From: Alphaproteobacteria bacterium
GTDB taxonomy: Bacteria > Pseudomonadota > Alphaproteobacteria > Rickettsiales > 21-14-0-20-44-7
Length of the DNA stretch: 33,784 bases
Assembly (NCBI GenBank): GCA_013288575.1
Contig: JABDBO010000003.1
Coordinates: forward strand, 1-33,784
Direction of reading: 5' to 3'
Shown here: in pieces, positions 1 through 8,336 of the stretch
Numbering within the stretch: position 1 is the first letter of the stretch
Layout of the letters: every line of letters starts with the position of its first letter
The notes under the pieces: model-generated
The model's database searches: none
What the model saw: only the letters and a program-made list of their open reading frames with translations
What the model was told of the DNA's origin: nothing
Made by a program: the position numbers and the translations under genes

Positions 1-2
1 AA

Positions 3-1318
3 CCGAAATTCATCATCCCAATCGCCGCTCGCGAGGGTGACAACATCACCAAAAAATCCGAAAACATGAAGTGGTACAAAGGCCCGGCCATCACCGAAGC
101 GCTTGACCAATTCCAACTCTTGCCAGCCCCAACTGAACTGCCGCTCCGTTTCCCGGTGCAGGACGTCTACAAATTCGACGAACGCCGCATCATCGTCGGC
201 CGCATCGAATCCGGCACTTTGAAAATCGGCGATAAAGTAATCTTCAACCCAAGCAATCGCGTTGAAACCGTAAAATCTATCGAGAACTGGAATTCACCTG
301 CGCAAACGCAAGTAAGCGCCGGAATGTCCGTCGGCATCACATTAGAAAGACAAATTTTCGTCGAACGCGGCCAAGTCGCCAGCCACATCGAAGATGCCCC
401 AAAACTTACAAACATTCTTCGCGCCAAACTCTTCTGGCTGCATGACCGCGCGCTTGAAGAAGGCAAAAAATACAAACTAAAACTCGCCACTGCCGAGTAC
501 CAAGTCGAAGTTAAAAAAGTCGAAAAAATTATCGACACATCAGACCTTGCACATTCTGACAGCAAAAAACTTGAACGCTTAGGCGTTGGCGAAGTAATCC
601 TTCGCAGCCGCACATTGATGAGCGTTGATGATTTCACCAACAATCAGCACATGGGCCGCTTCATGCTGCTCGATGGTTACGACGTTTCCGGCGGCGGCAT
701 TATCGACACTCAAGGTTTCGCTGACCAACGCAAAGACACCGACATCAAATCTGAAAACATCAAATCGGTAGATTTCAAAATCACCCGCAAAGAGCGCGAA
801 CTAGTCAACGGCCACCGCGGCGGCGTAATGTGGTTCTCTGGTCTTTCCGGTTCCGGCAAATCCACACTCGCCAATGAACTGATGACCCGCCTCTACCGCA
901 AAGGTTTGAACGTTTATGTGTTAGATGGCGACAACGTCCGCCAGGGCTTAAAGTTGCAAATTTATTCGCGGATTCCGGCACAATAGTTATCACCAGTTTC
1001 ATCAGCCCATATAAAAAAGAGCGCGACCACGCGAGATCAATCGCGCCAGAAAACTTCCACTCGGTTTACATCAAGGCTGATTTAAAAACCGTCGAAGCGC
1101 GTGACCCGAAAGGCCTCTACAAAAAAGCCCGCAAAGGTGAAATCAAAAACTTCACTGGGGTTGATGATGTTTACGAAGAGCCGGAAAATGCTGATCTCAC
1201 CATCGACACCGCCACCACTTCACTCGACCGCAGCATCGAAATTTTGATGACTTATGTTGACGAAAACTTCGTTAAACCAATCCGCGAAGCGGCTGATTTC
1301 GGAGGGGCGGATATATGA
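3..1318 (+). pseudogene. cysNC: Bifunctional sulfate adenylyltransferase subunit 1 / APS kinase (CysN/CysC), 5'-truncated by the window edge, with a frameshifting deletion at ~950
   Basis: Frame is open from base 3 (PKFIIPIAAREGDN..WYKGP..LRFPVQDVYK, CysN GTPase domains) and carries the CysC P-loop WFSGLSGSGKST and LDGDNVRQGL. From 953 another frame continues VANLFADSGTIVITSFISPY..RDPKGLYKKARKGEIKNFTGVDDVYEEP to TGA at 1316-1318. Confidence 0.9.
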
Positions 1319-1759
1319 CGCATACTCAATTCACATTCGATACCGCGATCGATTATTTCATGCTGCTCTGCGTGATAATCATCTTATTTAGAGTTCTGAA
1401 AGAATTAGGCAGAATAAAAAATTTGAAAACTAACGGCTGCATTGTTAAAGGAACTTTCATTGATAAAAAACTTTGCGAAACATTAAGTGGAAACAGCGTT
1501 TTCTGCAAAATTTCGTATTACTTTGTGGATGAAAAAAAATAATCGCTATGAAATGCCAATTTCTATATTCAATTGGAAATATAGAAAAGCCAAAGCTGGA
1601 GATGAAATTATTATAACTTACGATAAGAACAATCCTAATCGGGCTTTTATCAAAGAGGATATTAATCAACATATTAACACATACTATATTTTGGCAGGAC
1701 TATTTGTTATCCTACTTACTCTCAAAATAATTAGACTATCTGGAATAATAGAAACATAA
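1315..1759 (+). pseudogene. Small two-TM membrane protein (DUF3592-like), split by a frameshift in an A8 run at 1532-1539
   Basis: ORFs 1315..1542 and 1487..1759 join into 147 aa if one A is removed: N-terminal TM, ..G.EI.ITYDKNNP.RA.I.. motif, C-terminal TM. ATGA and TAATG overlaps with both neighbours. Confidence 0.7.
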
Positions 1760-4700
1760 TGACCAACCTAAACCTCTCTCACAACCTGCAATTCCAAGAT
1801 CTCTACGCCCGCGACGGGCTAGCGAAGGTTGATGCCGCATTCGTAAAATTTTTGGAAGCCGCCAACATCGAACTCCACAATAAATTCGTTGCCGCCCGCA
1901 CCAACCCTGAAAGCTTGGAAAAGAAAGACGAATCCAACCTCCTAATCGCCATCGCGCCAATCCTCGAAGATTTCATCAGTGAGCTTTTCAACATCCGCGA
2001 AGCCGTCACCAAACTCCAATTCGCACACAACGAACTCGGCGATCTCTTCACCGCAAAACGCCTCTTCGTCCAACGCGCCGCGGCTAAGTTTTCTAAACCG
2101 GCCGAGCTGCCGGAATTAAATGGGGAAGAATTACAGCAACAACTCCTCCAGCTTTGTCATTCCCGCGAAGGCGGGAATCCAGGGTCGCAAACTCCACAGC
2201 TGGATCCCAGCCTACGCTGGGATGACTGGGAGCTGGAATTATCACGCCATATTATAAAATGGATGGACGCGGGTGACATCGAAAAACAAACCATCGCCGC
2301 CAAATACGCCAATTGGGCGAGCAATAACGAGCACATCGTAAAACACTCAACCATTTTCAAAAAACCAAAAAAACTAGATTTCACTAATCTCGTGCCGATG
2401 GAAACCATCCAGTTCAACGGCGTCACCATGCAGCGCCTGCCCGAACACGAATGGCGCGCCCGCGATGGCTTTGCACTGACCGACCAAGGCGGCTCACTAA
2501 CCTACGCCCTCGACCAGGCCAATTACTGCATCTACTGCCACAATCAAGGCAAAGACCAATGCTCCAAAGGCATGTGGGAAGCGAAAGAGCCAGTTAAAAT
2601 TGTCAAAAAATCGCCAACCAATGTCAACCTCGCTGGCTGCCCATTAGAAGAAAAAATCTCCGAAATGAACATGGTCAAAGCGCAAGGCTTCACCATCGGC
2701 GCGCTCGGAATTGTCACCGTCGATAACCCAATGTGCGCCGGCACCGGCCACCGGATTTGCAATGATTGCATGAAGAGCTGCATCTACCAAAAACAATCCC
2801 CGGTCGATATCCCGCAAGTCGAAACCCGTTCGCTTAAAGACGTGCTCAACCTCCCATGGGGCTTCGAAATCTATTCGCTATTAACCCGCTGGAACCCATT
2901 AAATCTCGCACGCCCATTACCAAAACCCGACACCGGCTATAAAGTATTGGTCGCCGGCTTAGGCCCCGCCGGATTTACGCTGGCCCATCATTTAATGAAT
3001 GACGGCCACACAGTCGTCGGCATCGACGGCTTAAAAATCGAACCTGTAGCGGAACAATATTCCGGCGTAAAATCCGATGGCTCACGCACACCATTCAAAC
3101 CAATAAAAGACATCAACGAAATAAAAGAAAACCTCTCCGAACGCACACTCGCCGGTTTCGGCGGCGTCGCCGAATATGGCATCACCGTCCGCTGGGATAA
3201 AAACTTCCTAAAAATCATCCGCCTCCTCCTCGAACGCCGCGCCCAATTCACCATGATCGGCGGCGTCAGATTCGGCAGCAACATCACTTACAGCCAAGCC
3301 TTCGACTTAGGATTCGACCACATCGCTCTCGCTATGGGCGCCGGAAAACCAACCGTCGTTGACATGAAAAACGGCCTCGCCCGCGGCGTACGCACCGCCA
3401 GTGATTTCCTCATGGCCCTCCAACTCACAGGTGCCGCCAAAAAAGACAGCATCGCCAACCTCACCGTGCGCCTCCCCGTAGTAGTAATCGGCGGCGGCCT
3501 CACCGCAGTCGACTCAGCGACTGAATCCATGGCCTATTACCCTATCCAAGTAGAAAAATTCCTGACGAGAGTTGAAGCCATCGGCCGCGAAAAATATTTC
3601 GCCAAATTAAACGAAGAAGAAAAACTGGTCGCCGAAGAATTTATTTCTCACGCCAAACAACTCCGAAACTCAAAACACGAAACTCAGAAACTTTTAAACG
3701 AATGGGGCGGCGTAACTTTGGCTTACCGCAAAAATCTCCAAGACGCGCCAAGCTATCGCCTAAACCACGAAGAAGTCGAACTCGCCTTCCAGGAAGGCAT
3801 CAACTTCCTCGGCGATGCAACTCCGGTTGAAGTCATCCTCGACAAATTCGGCCATGCTGAAAAGCTCCGCGTCAAAATCGGCACCGAAGAAAAAATCATC
3901 CCCGCCCGCACCATATTAATGGCCGCCGGCACCAGCCCAAACACCATTGCCGCCCGCGAAGAGCCGGAACATTTCGAACTCGATGGCAAATATTTCCGCA
4001 TGATCGATGAGAATGGCGAAATCAAAAAACCAGAATGGATTTCCAAACCATCCAAGGCCAATGTCCTGATGAATATAGACCAGTCTGGCAAAGCCATCAG
4101 CTTCTTCGGCGATTTACACCCTGATTATGCCGGCAACGTAGTAAAAGCCATGGGCAGCGCCAAACAAGGCTACCCGGTCGTCAGCCGCATCCTCGCCAAA
4201 GCCAAACCGAAAAACATCAACACAAATTTCAACCACCTGCTTCGCGCCAAAGTCCACGATGTCGTGCGCCTAACGCCCACAATCATCGAAGTAATCGTCC
4301 ACGCACCGCTTGCCGCGCAAAACTTCCAACCCGGCCAATTCTACAGATTACAAAATTACGAAGCTTTCGCTCCAAAACTCGAAACCCGAAACTCGGAACT
4401 CGAAACTACCTTAGCAATGGAAGGCCTAGCGCTTACTGGCGCCTGGGTTGATAAAGAAAAAGGCCTCATGTCCACCATCGTCTTAGAAATGGGCGGCAGC
4501 AGCGACCTCTGCGCCCACCTCAAGAAAGGCGAACCAGTAGTGCTCATGGGCCCAACCGGCACACCAACTGAAATCCCGAAAAATGAAACCGTCATGTTGG
4601 TCGGCGGCGGATTAGGCAATGCCGTATTATTCTCCATCGGCAAAGCCATGCGCGAAAACGGTTGCAAAGTTCTCTATTTCGCCGGCTACAAAAAACCAAG

Positions 4701-5262
4701 CGACCGCTACAAAATCGAAGAAATCGAAGCCGCATCAGATGTCGTAATCTGGGCCTGCGACGAAGCCGCTGATTTCCACCCCAACCGCAAGAACGACCGC
4801 TTCTTCACCGGCAACATCGTCCAAGCAATCGAAGCTTACGCCACCGGTAAACTCGGCGACACAATAATCAAAACCCAAGACGTCGAACATGTCGTCGTCA
4901 TCGGCAGTGACCGCATGATGGCCGCCGTCGGCTTTGCGCGCCACAACCAGTTAAAACCATATTTGAAAAACAACCACATCGCCATCGGCTCAATCAACTC
5001 ACCGATGCAATGCATGATGAAAGAAATCTGCGCCCAATGCCTGCAACGCCACGTTGACCCTGAAACCGGCAAAGAATTCTTCGTCTACAGCTGCTTCAAC
5101 CAAGACCAAAAACTGGATTTTGTTGATTTCAATTTCCTCAACGACCGCCTAAAACAAAACGGCGCGCAGGAGAAACTAACCGCCATGTGGATCAACAAAA
5201 CCCTCCACGAATTAGGCCTACGCCAGCAACACGCAGCACCTGCCGCTAAGGCGATGGGCTAA
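1759..5262 (+). CDS. FAD-dependent Fe-S oxidoreductase, GltD/NfnB-like module fused to a PyrK/NfnA-like FAD/NAD/2Fe-2S module
   Basis: 1167 aa. CIYCHNQGKDQC, GCP and CAGTGHRICNDCMKSC Fe-S motifs; GLGPAG and VIGGGLTAVD Rossmann motifs; PGQFYRL, MGPTG, VGGGLG and CMMKEICAQC..YSC in the C-terminal part. Confidence 0.88.
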   Translation: MTNLNLSHNLQFQDLYARDGLAKVDAAFVKFLEAANIELHNKFVAARTNPESLEKKDESNLLIAIAPILEDFISELFNIREAVTKLQFAHNELGDLFTAKRLFVQRAAAKFSKPAELPELNGEELQQQLLQLCHSREGGNPGSQTPQLDPSLRWDDWELELSRHIIKWMDAGDIEKQTIAAKYANWASNNEHIVKHSTIFKKPKKLDFTNLVPMETIQFNGVTMQRLPEHEWRARDGFALTDQGGSLTYALDQANYCIYCHNQGKDQCSKGMWEAKEPVKIVKKSPTNVNLAGCPLEEKISEMNMVKAQGFTIGALGIVTVDNPMCAGTGHRICNDCMKSCIYQKQSPVDIPQVETRSLKDVLNLPWGFEIYSLLTRWNPLNLARPLPKPDTGYKVLVAGLGPAGFTLAHHLMNDGHTVVGIDGLKIEPVAEQYSGVKSDGSRTPFKPIKDINEIKENLSERTLAGFGGVAEYGITVRWDKNFLKIIRLLLERRAQFTMIGGVRFGSNITYSQAFDLGFDHIALAMGAGKPTVVDMKNGLARGVRTASDFLMALQLTGAAKKDSIANLTVRLPVVVIGGGLTAVDSATESMAYYPIQVEKFLTRVEAIGREKYFAKLNEEEKLVAEEFISHAKQLRNSKHETQKLLNEWGGVTLAYRKNLQDAPSYRLNHEEVELAFQEGINFLGDATPVEVILDKFGHAEKLRVKIGTEEKIIPARTILMAAGTSPNTIAAREEPEHFELDGKYFRMIDENGEIKKPEWISKPSKANVLMNIDQSGKAISFFGDLHPDYAGNVVKAMGSAKQGYPVVSRILAKAKPKNINTNFNHLLRAKVHDVVRLTPTIIEVIVHAPLAAQNFQPGQFYRLQNYEAFAPKLETRNSELETTLAMEGLALTGAWVDKEKGLMSTIVLEMGGSSDLCAHLKKGEPVVLMGPTGTPTEIPKNETVMLVGGGLGNAVLFSIGKAMRENGCKVLYFAGYKKPSDRYKIEEIEAASDVVIWACDEAADFHPNRKNDRFFTGNIVQAIEAYATGKLGDTIIKTQDVEHVVVIGSDRMMAAVGFARHNQLKPYLKNNHIAIGSINSPMQCMMKEICAQCLQRHVDPETGKEFFVYSCFNQDQKLDFVDFNFLNDRLKQNGAQEKLTAMWINKTLHELGLRQQHAAPAAKAMG
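2156..2226. repeat. 71-bp REP doublet (REPIN / Rickettsia-palindromic-element-like) lying in frame inside the oxidoreductase
   Basis: GTCATTCCCGCGAAGGCGGGAATCCAG (2156-2182) and inverted CTGGATCCCAGCCTACGCTGGGATGAC (2200-2226), each an internal hairpin. Translates as CHSREGGNPGSQTPQLDPSLRWDD. Confidence 0.88.
4376..4407 (+). repeat. Heptamer tandem repeat inside the oxidoreductase
   Basis: AACTCGA AACCCGA AACTCGG AACTCGA AACT, within KLETRNSELET. Confidence 0.7.
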
Positions 5263-5265
5263 GAT

Positions 5266-5736
5266 ATGAAAAAATCATCAGTTATTATCTTCGCTACCTT
5301 TCTTATATGCACCACCGGCTGCAGTAAAAAACCTGTAAATCCTGTTCCTACTTCATTAGAAATTATTTGTGGTGGCGGATTTGGCGGGGCCACTAAATCA
5401 ACATTAGAGAATGGAAAAATAATTCAATCTCCATATTCGCAACCAACCAATAAAACAGTCACCGACATTACTTATGTCGAATGGCAGGATTTTAGAAATA
5501 GTCTGGATAAAATTAACGTCTGGAATTGGCCAAAATCTTGCTCAAGACAAATATTTGATGGTGGTGGTTGCAGCATAAAAATTGTCTATGCTGACAAAAC
5601 ATTAGATAATAAATATTCTAACTCTTATCCTTCAAGTTCCGGCAAATGCATTGATGAATCATACCTGGCAAAAGATTATAATTCTTTCTGGGAAGCCTGG
5701 CGCAAATTGATGAAATTCCATCCACAGAATAATTAG
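5266..5736 (+). CDS. Hypothetical lipoprotein
   Basis: 156 aa. MKKSS, hydrophobic stretch, lipobox-like TTG|C. AT-rich relative to the flanking genes. Confidence 0.8.
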   Translation: MKKSSVIIFATFLICTTGCSKKPVNPVPTSLEIICGGGFGGATKSTLENGKIIQSPYSQPTNKTVTDITYVEWQDFRNSLDKINVWNWPKSCSRQIFDGGGCSIKIVYADKTLDNKYSNSYPSSSGKCIDESYLAKDYNSFWEAWRKLMKFHPQNN

Positions 5737-5874
5737 CTTAAACCACGCGCCACAAACGCCCCGTTTTCAAAAATCTGGTTCTTCCCATAAGTAAACGGCG
5801 CACCCTCCGGCGTCACAACTGAACCACCAGCACTTTGCAAAATCGCCTGGCCTGCCGCCAAAGCGATGGGTTAA
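5733..5874. repeat. Chimeric duplicate: copy of the cysQ 3' end (5736-5859) fused through CCTGCCGC to a copy of the oxidoreductase 3' end (5851-5874)
   Basis: 5736-5859 matches 7572-7695 at 118/124 nt; 5851-5874 matches 5239-5262 at 21/24 nt. All differences are synonymous in the respective parent frames. Confidence 0.93.
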
Positions 5875-6056
5875 TTATCCAAAAGTTTCTTAATCTGGCT
5901 TAGACGCAATTTCAAAACCCTCGCCACAACTTCCGGCTCAATTCCCGCCTTCAATGCAATTTTTGCCGAAATTAATCTACTTTTCACAAACCCAGCCGGA
6001 TTCAACCTTTCTTGTCTTTCTGCCTCTTCCAGCAATTCTTCTGCAAACGGTTTCAT
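5871..6056 (-). CDS. Small hypothetical protein with an HTH-like C-terminus
   Basis: 61 aa. ATGA overlap with the upstream 239-aa gene. AKIALKAGIEPEVVARVLKLRLSQIKKLL has an HTH-like pattern. Confidence 0.7.
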   Translation of the reverse strand: MKPFAEELLEEAERQERLNPAGFVKSRLISAKIALKAGIEPEVVARVLKLRLSQIKKLLDN

Positions 6057-6772
6057 ATTTCTCTCTCTGCCAATTTCCCTTTACAATATGAATGAAACCT
6101 CGCCATCGAATCAGCATCATATCTATCACGACTACCGGTCCAGTTAGTATCTATCATAAGTAACTGACCATATTTTCTGGGTTTTGGTTCATTAGTCATT
6201 CCATCCATATCAGCTATTGCCCAAGCGATTTTTGGATCATCACTACATGATTGCAAAAGTCTTGTTACAAACTCTCTTTCCTCTTTAGGAATAAAATGTT
6301 CATATTGATCAAGATTTTTGATCACACCTGGTCTGAATGACTCAACAGTATCTGGCACAAAGCCATATTTCAGCCAGGCATAACTGCCAATTTCCTCAGA
6401 AGCTACTCTAACTGTAGAGATTTCTTTCATTTCATATATATCTTCCATGTTAACCAACATCTGGGTTGCTGATGCCTTTTGTTGATTTATAAATACATAA
6501 CCTGCAATTAGCTTGGCCTCACCTTCACCAATTTTAAAACAAAAATCAGAATGCTGAATTCTTTGCTGAAATAAATCTATCTGAATTGTTAAAAAACCAG
6601 CTGCATCTACATATAATACAATTTTCTCATACGGCTCCCACGGCGGCATTCCCCTTTTCAATATCTGATATATTTCTTGCGGCGCGCAACCTGGGAAAAA
6701 ACGTTGCCAAAAAATATCTGATTTATGCCCTGTAATGCCTTGCGGGGTTAATAAAATATCATCGTCTCTCAT
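6053..6772 (-). CDS. Hypothetical protein, possible GNAT-like fold (paralog A)
   Basis: 239 aa. SATQMLVNM..ISTVRVASEEIGSYAWLKYGF resembles the GNAT helix-strand-'GF' segment. Clear paralog at 6835-7539. Confidence 0.75.
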   Translation of the reverse strand: MRDDDILLTPQGITGHKSDIFWQRFFPGCAPQEIYQILKRGMPPWEPYEKIVLYVDAAGFLTIQIDLFQQRIQHSDFCFKIGEGEAKLIAGYVFINQQKASATQMLVNMEDIYEMKEISTVRVASEEIGSYAWLKYGFVPDTVESFRPGVIKNLDQYEHFIPKEEREFVTRLLQSCSDDPKIAWAIADMDGMTNEPKPRKYGQLLMIDTNWTGSRDRYDADSMARFHSYCKGKLAEREI

Positions 6773-6810
6773 TAAATAATATTGGCCGGATAAAGTTAAT
6801 AATTAGTTAC
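6773..6810 (-). promoter_or_regulatory. Putative CtrA-dependent leaderless promoter of paralog A
   Basis: Minus strand: GTAA-N7-TTAA (6810-6796), 11 nt, CAATAT (6784-6779), 6 nt, ATG. Confidence 0.6.
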
Positions 6811-6834
6811 TTTATTAATTAACTATTTAAATGA

Positions 6835-7539
6835 CTAGGCCAACCCTTTCTCCGCTAATTTTTCCTGGCAATATGCATTGAATCTTTCCATACTTTCTGG
6901 GTCTTTCCGATCTAGTTTACCACCCCAATTAGTGCCTATAGTAAGCAATTGCCCAAGTTTTAAAGAGCCCGGTTCAGAGATAAAACTTTCTAAATCTGCA
7001 ATCACCCAGGCAATTTTTGGATCAGAAGATTGCAAAATCCCCAGCACAATTTCCCTATCCCACGGGCTTACTAAATTAGCATCCATATTCACTATTACAC
7101 GTTCTTTGAATGATTCAATATCACCTGGCACAAAACCTAATTTTAGCCACGCATAACTGCCAACTTCACATGCACCTACTGTAACCGTATCAATATCAAG
7201 CGCCTCATAAATTTCATTCATATTAGCCAAAAGTTGCGTGGCCGAGCCTGTGGTCTTCTTAAAATAAACTGCAGTATCAGAAAAATAACTATTACCATTC
7301 GTAAAATTAAATACAAAATATGATTAGTGAGCTCCATTGCAATAAAAATTCATTTTTATTTTGAATGAATCATCAGAAACAGAAAATGTTACTTCTTCTT
7401 TTTTATCATACGGCGGCATTCCCCTTTTCAATATCTGATAAATTTCTTGCGGCTCGTGATTTGGAAAAGTCTTTTGCCAAAACTCCTGAGCTTCTTTCCC
7501 CAGATTACCATTAGGACCAAGATTAAATTCTAATTCCAT
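6835..7539 (-). pseudogene. Paralog B of the 239-aa protein, interrupted by one in-frame TAA at 7326-7324
   Basis: ORFs 7324..7539 and 6835..7230 are in the same frame and the intervening codons are open (SYFVFNFTNGNSYFSDTAVYFKKTTGSATQL). Shares PQEIYQILKRGMPP, GSYAWLK.GFVP, DPKIAW.IAD and GQLL.I.TNW.G with paralog A. Confidence 0.85.
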
Positions 7540-7577
7540 TATAAAATTCTAGAACTTAACTATTAAGATTGGCTTAA
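7540..7577 (-). promoter_or_regulatory. Putative CtrA-dependent leaderless promoter of paralog B, box embedded in the cysQ stop region
   Basis: Perfect TTAA-N7-TTAA at 7563-7577, 11 nt, TAGAAT (7551-7546), 6 nt, ATG at 7539. Confidence 0.7.
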
Positions 7578-8309
7578 ACCACGCGCCACAAACGCCCCGT
7601 TTTCAAAAATCTGGTTCTTCCCATAAGTAAACGGCGCACCTTCCGGCGTTACAACGCTACCACCAGCACTTTGCAAAATTGCCTGGCCTGCCGCCGTGTC
7701 CCATTCCATCGTCCGGCCAAAACGCGGGTAAATATCGGCCGCACCTTCCGCAATTAAACAAAACTTCAGCGAACTTGCCGCAGCCACTAATTTCAAATCT
7801 TTAAATTTTGATTTCTGGCTTTCAATATAATGTTTCGTCTCATCATCCATATGGTTGCGGCTGCCCACAATCACCACTCCATCATCCGGCATATGACGGC
7901 AGCGAATTTCCTTCCCATTCTTAAATGCCTTTTTGCCGTCGCCCCAATATTCATCACCACTCACCGGAACATAAATCACCCCGGCCATCGCTTTAAAATC
8001 CTTAACCAAGCCAATATTTACCGTAAACTCACCACTCCCACGAATAAACCCCTTCGTCCCATCCAGCGGATCAACCAAAAAGAAGGTGCCGGAAGTCTGG
8101 CGGTCTTTCGCCCCTTCCTCCGAAACTATTGGAATATCAGGGAAATGCGCTTTGAGCTCCGCCACAATATAGTCATTCGCCGCCATATCCGCCAATGTTA
8201 CGGGTGAATCATCAGCTTTTACAGTGGCCCCAAATTCGCCCTTGTAATAGCCCATAATTATCTTTCCCGCTTGCTTTGCAATATGTGTTAATCTATTAAT
8301 GTCAGCCAA
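7563..8309 (-). CDS. cysQ: 3'(2'),5'-bisphosphate nucleotidase CysQ
   Basis: KADDSPVTLAD, SEE, FLVDPLDGTK.F, SSLKFCLIAEG.AD.YPR, TMEWDTAAG motifs. AAGGAG RBS before a TTG start. Confidence 0.95.
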   Translation of the reverse strand: MADINRLTHIAKQAGKIIMGYYKGEFGATVKADDSPVTLADMAANDYIVAELKAHFPDIPIVSEEGAKDRQTSGTFFLVDPLDGTKGFIRGSGEFTVNIGLVKDFKAMAGVIYVPVSGDEYWGDGKKAFKNGKEIRCRHMPDDGVVIVGSRNHMDDETKHYIESQKSKFKDLKLVAAASSLKFCLIAEGAADIYPRFGRTMEWDTAAGQAILQSAGGSVVTPEGAPFTYGKNQIFENGAFVARGLSQS

Positions 8310-8336
8310 AATAACTCCTTGAAAATTCCATACGCT

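Noticed and set aside
7324-7326. Programmed readthrough or alternative genetic code at the in-frame stop
   Set aside because: The codon is TAA, which terminates many genes in this window; no recoding signal seen.
5736-7695. Possible prophage attL/attR pair or DGR template/variable repeat pair
   Set aside because: No integrase, phage gene or reverse transcriptase. Mismatches are synonymous and not adenine-specific.
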